From Eledone cirrhosa (lineage: Eukaryota), in the NCBI GenBank assembly GCA_964016885.1, contig CAXHJY010001576.1, positions 62,001 to 126,000 of the forward strand: a DNA stretch of 64,000 nucleotides. The letters are read 5' to 3'. The notes beneath the pieces were generated by a model. That model ran no database searches, had not been told where the DNA came from, and worked only from the letters and a program-made list of their open reading frames with translations. A program made the position numbers and the translations under genes. Shown piece by piece: positions 26,294 to 42,791 of this stretch. Position 1 is the first letter of the stretch. Every line of letters begins with the position of its first letter.

Positions 26294-26486
26294 TTATGTA
26301 TATATATATATGTATGTATTTATGTATTTTTCTCATATGATATACTCGGTCGTGATCAACTGAGGATAAAAGATACGATTACTTGGAGCAACTGGAAAAA
26401 ATTACAGTGGAATGGGAGAGATGATGATGATGACGATGATGATGTTGCCACAAATGGTATAGACAAGATGGTCCGTGGAGATTGAT

Positions 26487-26901
<415 letters not shown>

Positions 26902-27069
26902 CAAAGAGAGGGAGAGACTGATAGCGAGGGAGAGAGAGAGGGGGGGGGGGCAAAGGGAGAGAGAGAGGGGAGGGAAGGGAGAGAGGGAGAATGAGAGAGA
27001 AAAAACGAAAAGAAGACAGAGACTGGGGCTGAAATTAATATAAAGATCTGGAGTAAAGAGGACTGAGAA

Positions 27070-27567
27070 ATGTGTGTGTGTGTGAGTGTGTATGTGTTTG
27101 TTTGTGTGTGTATAGATGTGTGGATGTGTGTGTGTGTGTGTATGTGTCAGTATAAGTGTTTGTGTGTAGATGTGTGTAGATGTGCGTGTAGATGTGTGTG
27201 TAGATGTGTGTGTGTTTGTGTGTAAATTTGTGTGTATGTGTGTGTAAATATGTGCGTGTGTGTGTGTATGTGTGTGTGTATAAACATGTGTGTGTGTGTG
27301 TGTGTGTGTGAAAATATGTGCGTGTGTGTGTATGTGTGTGTGTATAAATATGTATGTGTATGTATGTGTGTGTGTCTGTGTATGTGTGTGTGTATAAATA
27401 TGTGTATGTGTGTGTGTATAAATATGTGCATGTGTGTGTGTATAAATATGTATAAATATGTGTATGTCTGTGTGTATAAATATGTATAAATATGTGTGTG
27501 TGTGTGTGTTCGTGTGTATGTGTGTGTGTATGTGTGTGTGTATGTGTGTGTGTATAAATATGTATAA

Positions 27568-27618
<51 letters not shown>

Positions 27619-28320
27619 CGTGTGTGTGTGTGTGCGTATGAAATACCAAGAGACACAAAAGGACATGAGACAATATAAAACAACACCATGGAAGAAATCA
27701 ATAATGTCATGTCCTGATTAATTTCCTAAATATGAAGCCTCAATATTAACCAATCAGATTAATCCTACTGATTCTCATCATTGTTGTTGATTGTTATTGT
27801 TGTTATTTTTATCACATATGATGTAATATTTCCTCGCTTTAACATTTCTATTTTTTATGCTTCTCCCTCCCCCTCTCTTTTTTTCACTCCATCCCTCTTT
27901 TCTTTCTCTCTCTCTCTCTTTCAACCCGCCCTCTCCCCTCTCTCTCTCTTTTACTTCTCCCTCTCCTCCCTCTCACTCCCCCTCCCCCTCTCACACCCCA
28001 CACACTCACCTCTCACTCACTCTCTCTCTCCTCTCAATCTCTCTCAATTTCTGTTTCACTAATTCTCTCACCTTTCATTGCTCTCTTTGTCTTTGTATTT
28101 ACTTTCGTATTAATTTATGCCTCTGCCCCCCCCCGCCTCTCTTTCTCTCTTCCCTCTCCCTTTTCTATCTCTATCACTCTCTCTTCCCACACTCTCACCT
28201 CTCACCCACTCTTCCCTCTCACTCCCCCTCTCTCCTCCCCCTCTCTCCTCTCACACTGTCACTTCTCACTCACTCTTTCCTCTCAATCTCTCTCAAGCTC
28301 TGTTTCCCTAATTCCCCCAC
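27070..28320. repeat. (GT)-rich degenerate array 27070-27636 and (CT)-rich tract 27860-28320
   Basis: Direct reading. Confidence 0.9.
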
Positions 28321-28459
28321 CTATCATCGCCCACTTTGTCTTGGTATTTACTTTCATATTAACTATATTTTCATCTTTCTCGCTCTCTATCTCATTTCTT
28401 CAGTTTCTATGAAATCATATTCTACACCCAGGGTGTTCTTTAAGGTGTATTACCGTCTA

Positions 28460-29102
28460 CTAGCAGAAAAAAACCACCTTTGGGTGGTTTTCTGCTAGCA
28501 TGTGTAGTGTGCATATTGATATTATACGCAGGTATATACATCAAATAAAATCGTAATTGACAATATATAATACATAGAAATTGAACGAAGACTGCGTTAC
28601 ACTGTCTTATTTAATCAGTAACGTAATCTATGGTACATTAAAAAGACGATATTATATATAAACTGCATTAGGAAAAAATTAGTGACAGAAAATTAGTATG
28701 TTTATTTAAGCGATGGTCAACCGGAAGTGTTGACATTTCAGAAATTTTAAAGAAGTGAATCTTTAAATAAACAAAATATATTTAATCAACAGCCACGACA
28801 TTTAGTAGATAAATTATGTAATATTCATTCATATAGTATCGGTAGAGGGTCGGACGCCATGCATTCCAGCATAGTTACGTCCCTTTACGATCTGAGTTCA
28901 AATCCTGCCGAGGTTGACTTTGCCTTTCATCCTTACGGGGTCGATAAAATAAAGTACCAGTAATGCACTGGGTTATTGCTGGCCTTGTGCCTAAAGTAGA
29001 AACAATTATTTATTCAAAGTAGTCCAACTTATTTTACTAATGGGATAAACAAATTATAAACCGTACGCAGTCCCGCACTCCTTACTTTATTTATTGTTTA
29101 GA
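28460..29102 (-). mobile_element. Non-autonomous Helitron, family H1 copy 2, containing a SINE
   Basis: Minus strand A|TC start at 29102, subterminal hairpin AAAACCACC-CAAA-GGTGGTTTT, CTAG|T end at 28460; no TSD; homologous to 5638-6080. Confidence 0.82.
28835..29006 (+). mobile_element. SINE-A nested in the Helitron
   Basis: Absent from the equivalent site (about 5985) of Helitron copy 1. Confidence 0.9.
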
Positions 29103-29269
29103 TTTTAAGAGTTGAAGATAGATTCGGTTTTGACGATGAACATTCAGTCTTTTTATCATCTAAACGTCCAACACATGAATTAACCTCTAAGTGGTTGAAT
29201 ATTCCAAAGACACATGTACACTAAATAAGTGACAAATCTGTACCTTGAGTTGTAGATTCAATTCTTCGC

Positions 29270-29415
29270 ATTCGCTTCTACGCAGTTTCTTTCTACTCAA
29301 TTTGACTCACATGTTTAGGTTGACAGGAGACTGTGGTACAGATGCCAATCGGTGGGATTCTACGGGGATCTCATGATCGTGAAACGATCCTCTTATCCAC
29401 TCAGCTATGCCTGCG
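29270..29415 (-). mobile_element. Degenerate tRNA-derived SINE head of another family
   Basis: Minus strand GCAGGCATAGCTGAGTGGATAAG A-box-like start; related fragment at 48005-48055. Confidence 0.5.
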
Positions 29416-29806
29416 GCGATAATATTGATAGGTACTTAAATTCCAATCAGTTAATTCAGCGCACTCTAAAGCATGCCTTAAATAATCAGCATCGGTTCCT
29501 AAACGAATCCCAGAACTCTCATGTACCAATATAAAACTTCTTTACAACAGAAGGATTCAGTGGTAAGAAACACTAAATAACTGCTTAGTTGAACTTATAT
29601 GCTTTTAGAATAAATTCTATATAAGAATATATAGTTAACCATGGTCTCTCATAGTATTCAGGTGACTAACTCTATCTACTTATCTGTGTATATATTTTTC
29701 CGTCAGTCTGTCAATAGCTATCTAATAATGTATATTTACCAATGTATCTATCGTCGGACAAACACCATGAGAGCAACTATAAAACATGAATCCCAATAAC
29801 AGCCCG

Positions 29807-29863
<57 letters not shown>

Positions 29864-30193
29864 CTGTGTGTGTGTGTGTGTTGTTGAACCCAAACAATCT
29901 CTCATTGGTGGATGCTACGTGACGATGGTCAAAGATAAAACTCTTCATCTGATCCCCATGACGAACTCATCCATTTTTTTCTGCTTAATGTTTTAAGGTA
30001 AAGTCTTCTTGGTGGTATAAGGATATATATTAATCCCCAAGAGAATCCTATGGGGAATGTGCTTCTGTGACGATCCTGATGTGGCATCCGGCCAACTTTA
30101 TCTGACTTTCCTGTTGATTTTATACGAATGAAACAATTCTAATCGTGTAGAAATCATTTTTCTCTCTCTCTCACCATCTCCCCCCCCTCTCTC

Positions 30194-30305
<112 letters not shown>

Positions 30306-30380
30306 TGCCCCCCTTAGAGAGAGATAATAAATAGATAGATAAATAGATAGACAGATGCATGGATGGATAGATAGATAGAT

Positions 30381-33244
30381 AAATTTCTTTATTAGCCACA
30401 AGGGCACAAAAGAAGGGGACACATACAAATGGGGAGTTTACATACAGGTATATGAAAATAAAACTATTAATAAAATAATAAATAACAATTGAAATCCCCA
30501 ATAGGGGGGAGGCGTTACACAGGGGTTGTACACACCCCGAAGAAATGTACAACCCTCATCTCCAGGAGCACCAAGAGTGAGTACTCCCTTCCTCTCTTCC
30601 TCTTTTTCCTCAACCTACAGGCTTATATAGAGAGAAGGCCCAACCACTCGGGCCATCTTTGCCCCATTCACCCACCTTTTATAAAACTTGCTGGGGTACA
30701 GCACCTCTCTCTCCATCCTGATTCTTCTTCCAAAATGATATTTGAAAAAACGAATCAGTTGCTCGCCGGAGAGAAAGGTGTCTGACCTCAGCCCTTTTAA
30801 CCTCGTCCACCATATAACCTCTTTCACCATAGCCATAACACATAGGAAAACCGCCTCTCCCTTGTTTTTGAAGGAGGGTGGCGGTTTGATCATGACAATG
30901 GACTCGGTGATCAACTGGATTGGTACCACCCGCAACAATAGTCGTTCTACATAGCCCCACAGGTCGGTAACGCCCGGGCAGTGTACAAATGCGTGCGCGA
31001 CGGTTTCCACGTCGCGCACGCATCCCGGACAGATCTTTTTCGAAGGGTCCCTGCCCGGGCGCCCGTGTCTGTAGAGCTTGTCTCGAACTGGTAGAGCTCC
31101 TCGGTAGCACTGCCAGGCCAGGGACTTTTGGAAGTTGTCCATTGGTCCCGGGCGGAAGGTCCTACTGAACAGACGGGCCAGTTTGTGCTCCTCTACGCCT
31201 AGAGTTTCTCCGAGCGCGTCGTCGCACTTGCTGCGGACCAACCCTCTATAGAATGTCGAAGTGGAGTCTCCACTGATCGCCGGGACCCGTTTGCCAGAGA
31301 ACTGTGAGCGCCTGAGCACATTCGATGTGCCAGTCGCCCATTTTCCTCGGTCTTTGCTTGACACAGGACTGCAGCTCGGTCAGCGAGACGAGTCGTGGGA
31401 TGGCTCGCCTCACGAATGGAGCCCACAGCGGTTGTCCGGTGAGGAATACGTGGAGGTGCCGCAGCCTGAGCGCGTGTTTGCGCATCGTCAGCCACGGCAT
31501 CCCCAGCCCTCCGTTTGAAGGGTGTTGGCAGCAGATGGATCTACTCACCAAAGGAGCCCGTTTCTTCCAAAGGAATTGGAAGAGCACGCGCTCCATTTTG
31601 GTGAGCGTTTTGGCTGGACAAGGCACGACGGTCAAGCGGTAGTAGATGACGGACGCTATAAAAGTGTTCGACACCTCCGCTCGACCTTTCAAGGATAGTT
31701 TGCGCTCGGCCCACTTCTGGGTGAGCGCAAACACCTTGGCCGTCACCTCATTACAGTTCTTCTCCACCTGTAGGTCCGTACCAAACCAAACCCCGAGCAG
31801 CTTTACCGGTTCTTCTGTCCAGCGTTCGACGACGCCATCGGAAGGCATCGGTTTGCCTCTCCACGTTCCGAGTTGCAAACCGACGGATTTGTCCCGGTTC
31901 AGCTTCGCTCCTGTGAACCTTTCGTATTCTTCCAGTAAGGTGCCGACCTCCCCGATTTTCGAGGTGCTCGACACCATTACTGTCACTTCGTCGGCGTAGG
32001 CCGACGCCGCTTTTGGCAGTCTCGGTTCCAAAAGGCAATAGCTCCAACCTCCGCTGTAGTGGCTCGAGAGTCAGTACGTACAGAAGGGAGGAGAGAGAGC
32101 ATCCCTGTCGGATGGATCGCGTGATATGGAACGGCTCCGAGAGGTAAATGTTCATCTTGACCCTTGAGCAGATGTTGCTGCTGTGCATTGCAGCAATCCA
32201 GCCCCTGAACATGGGTCCGAAGCCTGCCGCCTCGAGCACCGCATCCAGGTAACGATGGTCAACCCTATCAAAAGCCTTAGACTGATCCAAGTTGATCAGG
32301 GCCCCACCGAAGCCGGGTTTACACCCTACCCTCTCTATGATGTATCGCATGAGGTGGAGGTTGTCGTGTATGGACCTGGGATTGTGCATGTCTCCGCTTC
32401 TCCCACCAGGTTTTCGACGGCAAGCGCCAACCCCTTTGCCAACACCTTGGGCAAAATCTGTAACTCTGTGTTTAGCAATTATGGGCCGGAAGTTGCCTAT
32501 GTCATCCTCCTTATTCTCGTCCTTCCTGACTAATGTGACTACGCCCTTGGTCACAGAACTGGGAATTCTCCCGTTCTGCTGCCAGTTGCAGTAGACCGCT
32601 TCCAGGAGACCGGAGAACAAGTCCGGCATTGCTACGTAAAATTCGTAGGGTAGACCGTCGAGACCTGGAGATTTGCGTTTGCCGCATTGGCTCAGCGAGA
32701 TCCCTATCTCAGCGGCCGAAATCGGCCTTTCGCAAAACTTCGCCTCGCTGTCCGAGAGTCGCGGTAGGCCGTCGAGGTATGGACCGAAATCCATAGCTGA
32801 TCCCGGCGCACAGCCCTGCCCGAACAGTTGAGCAAAGTGCCGCTGAAAGGCCGCGCACATCTGCTTCGGCTCACGTATCACGCGTCCGTCTTGGTCCTTC
32901 AAAGACCGAATTGTGGACTTGTTGCCACTTTTCGCCTCCGTCACTCGGGCCCAGCTAACAGCTTTGGCTCCCTCGTTTCCCAGAGCACGTATTTTGCTTC
33001 TGACAACGCAGCCCTCATGCTTTGCGTCGAAGAACTGATCCAAGGCTGTTCTCGTCGCTAGCACGCTGGCTACGTCGCCACTCCTAAGTGCCTCTTCTAC
33101 TTTATCTACCAGTTGCTTTTCGGTTTTAGTTCTCTCTAACACTAATTCTTTACTAAAACCTATCGAGTCTAATCTAACTGCGCTCTTGAGAGAGTACCAC
33201 CATCTGTTGTTGACAATGGACCCCGTCATGTGCTGCTTAACTAA
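30381..33244 (-). mobile_element. L1/Tx1-clade LINE, 5'-truncated; ORF2 pseudogene (RT and C-terminal zinc finger)
   Basis: KSPGLDGLPYEFY, NFRPI, LDQSKAFDRVDH, IRQGCSLSSLLY, AYADEV, LSLKGRA, GGLGMP, CPGC..ETVAHAFVHC spread across frameshifted ORFs; stop at 30615; AATAAA near the 3' end; GC-rich; (GATA)n on both sides. Confidence 0.95.
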
Positions 33245-33275
33245 AGATAGATAGATAGATAGATAGGGAAATAAT

Positions 33276-33457
33276 TGTTTCTACTTTAGGCACACGGCCA
33301 GCAAATAACCCAGTGCATTACTGGTACTTTATTTTATCGACCCCGTAAGGATGAAAGGCAAAGTCAACCTCGGCGGGATTTGAACTCAGATCGTAAAGGG
33401 ACGTAACTATGCTGGAAAGCATGGCGTCCGACCCTCTACTGATACTGCCAATCCACC
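33276..33457 (-). mobile_element. SINE-A, full length
   Basis: TSD AGGGAAATAAT at 33265-33275 and 33458-33468. Confidence 0.92.
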
Positions 33458-33700
33458 AGGGAAATAATAATCGTTATTTAGTGGATATATGTTTGATAAT
33501 TAAAGCAAACATGAAAGCATATAGATGTAGTTGATTTAAATGAATGTAAAATGAAATACGGCCATAACAGAAGTGACAAAAGATGGTCAAGGAAGATCGA
33601 GGATTCAAGCATCTTTAAACAGAATGTTGTCATCAAAGAATTATTTAATGAAATATCATTTCACTATAAACCCCATCAGTTTTGGCAGTTACTATGGTAG

Positions 33701-33777
<77 letters not shown>

Positions 33778-33814
33778 ATATATATATATATGTGTGTGTG
33801 TGTATGTGTGTATA

Positions 33815-33845
<31 letters not shown>

Positions 33846-34013
33846 ATTTATATACGGAATATATATATATATAAGTAAATATATGGAAAAATTATCTTTT
33901 AAATCAAATAAATTTCCTCACACATGTTTCAAGGGAGTTATTACCAGTAATGCACTGGGTAATTGCTGGCCTTGTGCCTAAAGTAGAAACAATTATAAAT
34001 ATATATATATATA

Positions 34014-34744
<731 letters not shown>

Positions 34745-34993
34745 TATAGATATATATAGATATATATAGATATATATACACATATATATATATATGTATG
34801 TGTGTTTGTAGGAGTATATATATATATATATCCCTTTAAAAGGAGAAATCCCCACAGAGAACAACAATGACTAAGTAGATTAAGATAAGATAAATAAAAT
34901 TAGTGGAATTATAAGAGGATTGTGAGATTGTATTAGATTCCAAAACATCTCTACTGTCACTCAACACAATGGATATAACTGTAACGTTATCTA

Positions 34994-35080
<87 letters not shown>

Positions 35081-35081
<1 letters not shown>

Positions 35082-35206
35082 GTTATATTTTATTTTATTT
35101 TTATATTTTGTTATTGCCTCCTCCTTATTGAGGACGCCTTGTTATGTAAACTCCCCCCATTGTACTTGTCCCACTTTTTGATGCCCTGGTGGCAAATAAA
35201 AAGAAA

Positions 35207-35209
<3 letters not shown>
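35081..35209 (+). mobile_element. 3'-terminal fragment of a Tx1-type LINE in (TATC)n
   Basis: TATGTAAACTCCCC..TGTCCC..TGCCCT.GTGGC.AATAAA.AGAAA.TT is homologous to the reverse complement of 30381-30445. Confidence 0.8.
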
Positions 35210-35271
<62 letters not shown>

Positions 35272-35385
35272 ATAGCTATCTATCTAATAGCTATCTATCT
35301 ACCTATCTACCTATATATATATGTATGTATATGTCTATTTACACTTACACGCACATATTCAACCCCCATGTATATATATATATAT

Positions 35386-35443
<58 letters not shown>

Positions 35444-35567
35444 GGTTAGAGATAAGTATATGTGTATATGGGTATGATGTGTATATATGTACGTGCGTAC
35501 AGAAATGAGTGCTTACTGCGGCACTATGAAGGCGTGTGTGTGCGCGCGCATGTATGTGAGTGTATCC

Positions 35568-35631
<64 letters not shown>

Positions 35632-35804
35632 TATATGTGTGTGTTTGTGTGTGTCAAGCACGTATTATCCATTTCTTTGTCTCTAATTACGCTTAATTTC
35701 GCTGATTGTTCGGTAAACGTGCTGCTAAAAATATACATCACATATAAAGACACATCTATCGGTTTACACACACACGCACACGCACACACACACACACACA
35801 CACG

Positions 35805-35840
<36 letters not shown>

Positions 35841-36130
35841 AGTATATATATATATATATATATAAATATATATATGTCTATGTGTACATACATACATACA
35901 TACATACACATATATATATATATATAATTTAATATAGAAATGTCTTCTACAAATCTATATACACACATGCAGACATATACACACAGACATAAACATAAAC
36001 ACATGCATATATTTATATACACATTCATACATATGAATGCATACATGCATACATACATGCCTACTTAGATACATTCATCATACTTACTTCGATACATACA
36101 TAAGTTATGCATATATATATATATATACAC

Positions 36131-36240
<110 letters not shown>

Positions 36241-36703
36241 GGCTTCTACAAGACTAGAACTGTTTCATTCGAAAGAAATCCTCTTTCGAATAAAGCAATC
36301 CTAATCCTGCAGAAGCCATTTTTATATTACATTTGATGTTTACACTCTACTAACGTATTGATTACCTTACTTACAGTGGGTACCTTCGATTGAACGAGGG
36401 CCTCACACACACACATACACACACACATACACACACACGCACACACACATACATACATTCATATTTACATATATACACATATATACATCTGTAAATATAT
36501 ACATACGCTGTAGTTAAGTACGTACGTACGTACATACACATATATACATAACTTCATTACTTTTAAAACCTTGCCAACGGCTTGGCGACTGGTTAAAACA
36601 ATGAAAATTCAAAGAAACGAATAATCTCACTGTGTGCGTGTATGTATAGATGTATATATACCTACAACACCGCCCACTCCCGCACATTCACATACATACA
36701 TAC

Positions 36704-36988
36704 ATGTATGTATGTATGTATGTATGTATGTATGTATGTATGTATGTATGTATGTATGTATGTATGTATGTACGTATGTATGTATGTATGTATGTATATG
36801 TATGTATCTATGTACGTATGTATGTATGCATGTATGTACGTTCGTATGTATGTATGTACGTTCGTATGCATGATTGTACGTATTTATGTATGTTGTATGT
36901 ATGTATATGTGTGTGTATATATGTATGTATATATGTATATATGTATGTACGTATGTATGTATATAATGTATGTACGTATGTATGTATG

Positions 36989-37022
<34 letters not shown>

Positions 37023-37271
37023 CGTACGTACGTATATATATATATATATGTATGTTGTATGTATGTATGTATGTATGTATGTATGTATGTATGTATGTAT
37101 GTATGTATGTATGTACGCATGTATGTACGCATGTATGTATGCAGGCATATATTATGTATGTATGTATGTATGTATGTATGTATGTATGTATGTATGTATG
37201 TATGTATGTATGTATGTATGCATGTATGTGTGTGTGTGTATGTACGTACGCACGTACGTATGTGTGTATGC

Positions 37272-37304
<33 letters not shown>

Positions 37305-37398
37305 TGTATGTATGTATGTATGTATGTATGTATGTATGTATGTATGTATGCACGTATGTATGTATGTATGTATGTATGTATGTATGTATGTACGTATA
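36704..37398. repeat. (TATG)n, about 700 bp
   Basis: Direct reading. Confidence 0.95.
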
Positions 37399-37624
37399 TA
37401 AGCATATATAAAGACTTAGCCTAAGCTAGTTATATGTTGCCTAACGTCAGAATTTCTATCAAATTAAGTCTAATTAGGTTGTTATTACCACTAAATCATC
37501 TTAGTTATGCATGTGTATGTTTATTCTTTTATTGTCCGTTCGCGTTTCTGTTGGCCTACGTCCATGTGGTTTACGTGTGGGAATCTCTGGATATGTATAC
37601 GTACGTATATACGTGTGCGTACAT

Positions 37625-37790
37625 ATTGTTTTATTCTTTGACTGGCTTCAGTCATTAGACGGTGGCCATGGCAGGGTACCACCTTAAATAGATTTTATCG
37701 ATCACATCAATTCTAGAATATTGTTTTTAAAAGTATGGTACACATTTTATTGATCTCTTTACGTTGAACCGTTAATTTACGGAGCATTAA
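37625..37790 (-). mobile_element. Degenerate SINE tail fragment
   Basis: Resembles a common cephalopod interspersed repeat (TTCAGTCATT..GGCCATG..ACCACCTT); recognised from memory only. Confidence 0.4.
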
Positions 37791-39044
37791 CCCAAACTAC
37801 TTGTGATAACTGGGAGTTGAATTTGATGGACGCCATTATTAGGTGCCAATAGTTTACATCTCTCTCATTCTCTACACTTGCCATCCACTATTATATATCA
37901 CTGGCATTAATGAAATTAGCACCAGTAATAAACAAAGGGTCGACATGTTTGATTATATCATTTAATCTCTTCTACAACATATGACCTTGAGCCAAATCAT
38001 CAACATTATAAACCTCGATTTATTGAGTTCTTTTTTTATTCTTTAGTCAGGAGGCGGGGTGGCATGACAGTCCCCACGATCCATTTTGGGGCCTACAAAA
38101 CTGGAAAGAATGAAAGAAGTATCGTCACACTGGAACACTGGCTCCTATTCTAACAACAGAGTGAACTCCTTTAAGGTATTCAAGTCCAGAGACTGATGTT
38201 CAACTGAGCGAATGATTAAATCCATCACTCAAATTGGTAACAGTGGGAATTTAATTCAGAACACAAAGACCTGAAATATATACTACAAACCATCCCGTCT
38301 GATAATCTAACAATTCCATTATTCCACAGCCATGGGGATTAATACTTTATTTTAAGAACCCAGAAAGGATGGAAGGCAAAACTGATCTCATCAAGATTTG
38401 AGCTCAGAGCACAGAGAGACATACTGCAAGGAATATAGTTCAACGTTTTAACGAACCTTCAAATTCACCGAGTTGCTAGTGAGACAAGAACTATGCTGTC
38501 AGTGAATTTTGCCACGCATTCCCTTTCAGTTGTTTCATGAAATAAGTATTCATGTACTTAAGATAGGAAACAGTATGGTAAACACAACTTTCTTGAGAGA
38601 TCGCCAAGTTAAAGATAGAAATAAAAAAAAAGACTTGTAGTTTCCTGGTTTTCTGCGGAAAGTGGGAGCTACTGGATGGCAGCCAAATGTAGTAGCTGAA
38701 CCACAAGATAGAGGATTCTGTACCTGGAACTTCACATAAACACCTCTCATACTTAGCTATGCACCAAACATACTCTAAACACGATGAGGAAAGCAGATAA
38801 AAAACATTTTGAACACACAATTTCATCAAATTAGCTATCAACATCATTTTGATGAGTATCTTTCAAGAATTAGACAAAAATAGAGAAATAGTTCCTTGCA
38901 GTAAACCTTACCAAAATACCTTTATGGAAAACACAGATAAACGAACATGGACCTCCTCCTTTATTTCCTTTCTATTTTCTCTCCCTGTTTTAATATAGTA
39001 TTTCTCCTATCACAATCTTTTTCTCTCCCCCACTTTCTCACTCA

Positions 39045-39117
<73 letters not shown>

Positions 39118-39637
39118 CTCTCTCTCTCGCTCCTTCATTCTGCACACACCCCATCATTATATTACCTTGTATTTACTAAGCCTTGCAGGATCAGAAGTAT
39201 AAATCAAGGAAAGTGCAGGGTGTATAGAGAGAAAATTAATACCTTAGCGAAGATGCGTGGCAAGATGGAGTGGTAGGGGATGGTGCTAGATCCACTTCAA
39301 ATTATACTTGACTAGCGTGAAAACATGTTTTTCTTAGAACTGGGAGCAAAATATATTAATGAAATGTATTCACATTAACACACATATATATATAAATACA
39401 CAAACACACACACACACACACACATGCATACATACATACATACACAAACACAAACACACACACACACACACACATACACACATACACACACATGCATACA
39501 TACACATACACACACACACGCACGCACATGTATATGTAAGCATTCATGTACACACACATATATATATGTCTGTATAAATATATATATGCGTTAGAACACT
39601 TAGACAAACACACAGATAGATTATATACATGGATACG

Positions 39638-39678
<41 letters not shown>

Positions 39679-40145
39679 GTTTAGGGATTATAACGTCAAG
39701 TTACTGTTGGTTCAGCAAATTGAGCACTCGATGCGTAATACACACACACGCACACACACACACATACACACACACACACACACACATACACGCACACACA
39801 CATATATATACACATATGTATATCACATCATATATATATGTATGTATATATATATATATTTACCCCCCCCCCCCCCAATATATATAGGTGGTGCAATACA
39901 GTGAATTAACGTATATAAATATATACATTTATATAACAGGGCTTGGGTGCACAAACATAAATTACGAAGTTACCCATGGGCACACGTATTACACATATGT
40001 ACATAGTATTGCATTTGCATATAAATAAATTTAATAAATATACATATATATATATTCTTCGATGTCAAATCTTACAATGTTTAGCAAAAATATCTAAGTA
40101 AGATATACCGGTACATATACGTACAGTCGTACAGTATAGAAATAC

Positions 40146-40197
<52 letters not shown>

Positions 40198-40323
40198 GCA
40201 TGCGTGTATATTTTTATAGATAAATATATATGTATATCAGAAACATATGTTAAAGCCAATAAATTCCTACTCTCCTTTCTCGCCGAAGTCTATATTTTTG
40301 GTGCAATAATATATATCATGGTG

Positions 40324-40383
<60 letters not shown>

Positions 40384-40386
<3 letters not shown>

Positions 40387-40541
40387 CAAAGGAATTGTGG
40401 TAAGGAACCAGATGGACCATAACGCACCAGAGTACTCAATACTTAGGGTAGTAGAGTGTGAAATAGGAAAAAATATGACCTCGACGGCAAAGCTCAAGCC
40501 GCCGTTATTTCTGGAGCTCTGCCGTCGGGGTCATACCTTTT

Positions 40542-40544
<3 letters not shown>
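40384..40544 (-). mobile_element. Family B element with fold-back end, in (TA)n
   Basis: Reverse complement of 49580-49696, ending in a ~30-bp-arm hairpin. Confidence 0.8.
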
Positions 40545-40591
<47 letters not shown>

Positions 40592-40851
40592 CAAGTATTG
40601 CACCAAGAAAAATATAGACTTCGGCAATAGATATGTATATATATATATATATATATATCTTGGTTTTAGTACAATTACGATATTCCCTGCCAGTATGCAG
40701 AATTCAGGTGTGTAACAAATCAGATTTCATAGCCCTAAGCCAATATATATTATATTGTACCGAAACACGTGTTAGAATTATTAATAAATATTAATAGATC
40801 GATTATTCAACGTCATCTGTGCCTCAGCTAATTTCATCTCTCTCTCTCTCT

Positions 40852-40959
<108 letters not shown>

Positions 40960-41134
40960 CCTGTCTATGTGTGTGTGTGCGTGTGCGCGTGTGTATACAA
41001 AACGGTTTTTTTTTCTTTTTCAGATAGACCTGGTCGATCACTACATTTTAAAACAAGTATATAACACACAAAATGTCAGCATCGACAATTTTCCAAGGGA
41101 TGGCAACATGAATGGACCTGTTATGTTTCTCTGA

Positions 41135-41333
41135 AATATACCACAGTTAGTAAAGTATTTAATACGACGATTTCTTTTGAATGAAACGGTTCTCACCCTG
41201 TAAAAGCTATTTCTAAATTAAACATAATACATATGTGTGTTTCATGTTTAATATGGAAATGGCTTCTACAGGACTAGAACTGTTTCATTAAAAAAATCGT
41301 CGAATTAAGTAACTTACTCATTGTGGTATATTA
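41135..41333. repeat. Diverged inverted repeat, family C (also at 12186-12288 and 36238-36322)
   Basis: Shared GAATGAAACAGTT.TAGTC.TGTAG.AGCCATTT motif in both orientations. Confidence 0.75.
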
Positions 41334-41557
41334 TTGTGGTAACTTACTAACCGTGGTAATATGTTGCAGCCGACAGGCTGAGGCCAGAGTGGCGCACCGC
41401 CATTGTATGTATACAAGTACACACATATATATTTGAAAATATAGATACCATCGTGCAGATAGCTATGATAATAGTTCGTACCTATAAATAATACCTTAAT
41501 ATGTCGGACAAAGTACCCCAACACGGAAGACGTAGTCACAGATGGCAGCGGGGAATG

Positions 41558-41617
<60 letters not shown>

Positions 41618-41744
41618 AAAGTTATATTTAAATTGTTGTGTTACAACTAGTAAATATTTATAACTGATATAAAAGCACTCGACAAATATTTGGAGTATAT
41701 TTACAATATTAAATAAATGGAAACTATATTTATAAAACCATATT

Positions 41745-41810
41745 TATTTCATTATATATATTTCAGGGATAACATATTAACAATATGCTATGCCTTCCTC
41801 AGACAAAATA
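41745..41810 (-). ncRNA. Type I minimal hammerhead ribozyme (mirror copy)
   Basis: Reverse complement of 42012-42077. Confidence 0.8.
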
Positions 41811-42011
41811 CAATATAAACAGTTTTATAGATAAATAGATTCGACATACCGTAACAACATCTCCTTGGGAAGGTTGATTTGGTTGTAGGTTGATGTGGTT
41901 GATTTGGTTGTGACAAAATTGTGTACAATTTTGTCGCAACCAAATCAACCTTCCCAAGGAGATGTTGTTACGGTATGTCGAATCTATTTATCTATAAAAC
42001 TGTTTATATTG

Positions 42012-42077
42012 TATTTTGTCTGAGGAAGGCATAGCATATTGTTAATATGTTATCCCTGAAATATATATAATGAAATA
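42012..42077 (+). ncRNA. Type I minimal hammerhead ribozyme
   Basis: Stem I TATTTTGT/ATGAAATA; CTGAGGA; long stem II AGGCATAGCATATT/AATATGTTATCCCT; GAAA; palindromic stem III ATATATAT; AUA triplet ending at 42069. Confidence 0.85.
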
Positions 42078-42384
42078 AATATGGTTTTATAAATATAGTT
42101 TCCATTTATTTAATATTGTATATATATATATATATATATATATTTATTAAAATAACAGATTAAAGTTTAAGCAAAGAATCGCTGCTTTCACCCTTAACGG
42201 GATCTTCTGAAACTATTATTATTATTATTATTATTACTATATATATATATATAGTTAGAGAAGCCAAAAATTGGTTATTGTGATCCAGTTCTTGGTTAAG
42301 AAAGCCAGTTTCATGGATGGTTTCAACGTACGGTTAGGGTTAACTCCACAAGTTTGTAAGAATTCCGTTCAATCTTGGAGTATA

Positions 42385-42683
<299 letters not shown>

Positions 42684-42755
42684 TAAAATAACAGATTAAA
42701 GTTTAAGCAAAGAATCGAGCCCTCTTTGGATTTTAGTCTTCAAATTTATTATTAT

Positions 42756-42791
<36 letters not shown>

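Larger units (their letters stand above)
41616..42120. mobile_element. Family A (subfamily 2) palindromic insertion in (TA)n with two divergently oriented hammerheads
   Basis: Arms 41702-41922 and 41925-42120 with 2-nt loop and a ~25-bp duplication in the left arm; the left copy runs to the family 3' end at 41616. Confidence 0.88.
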
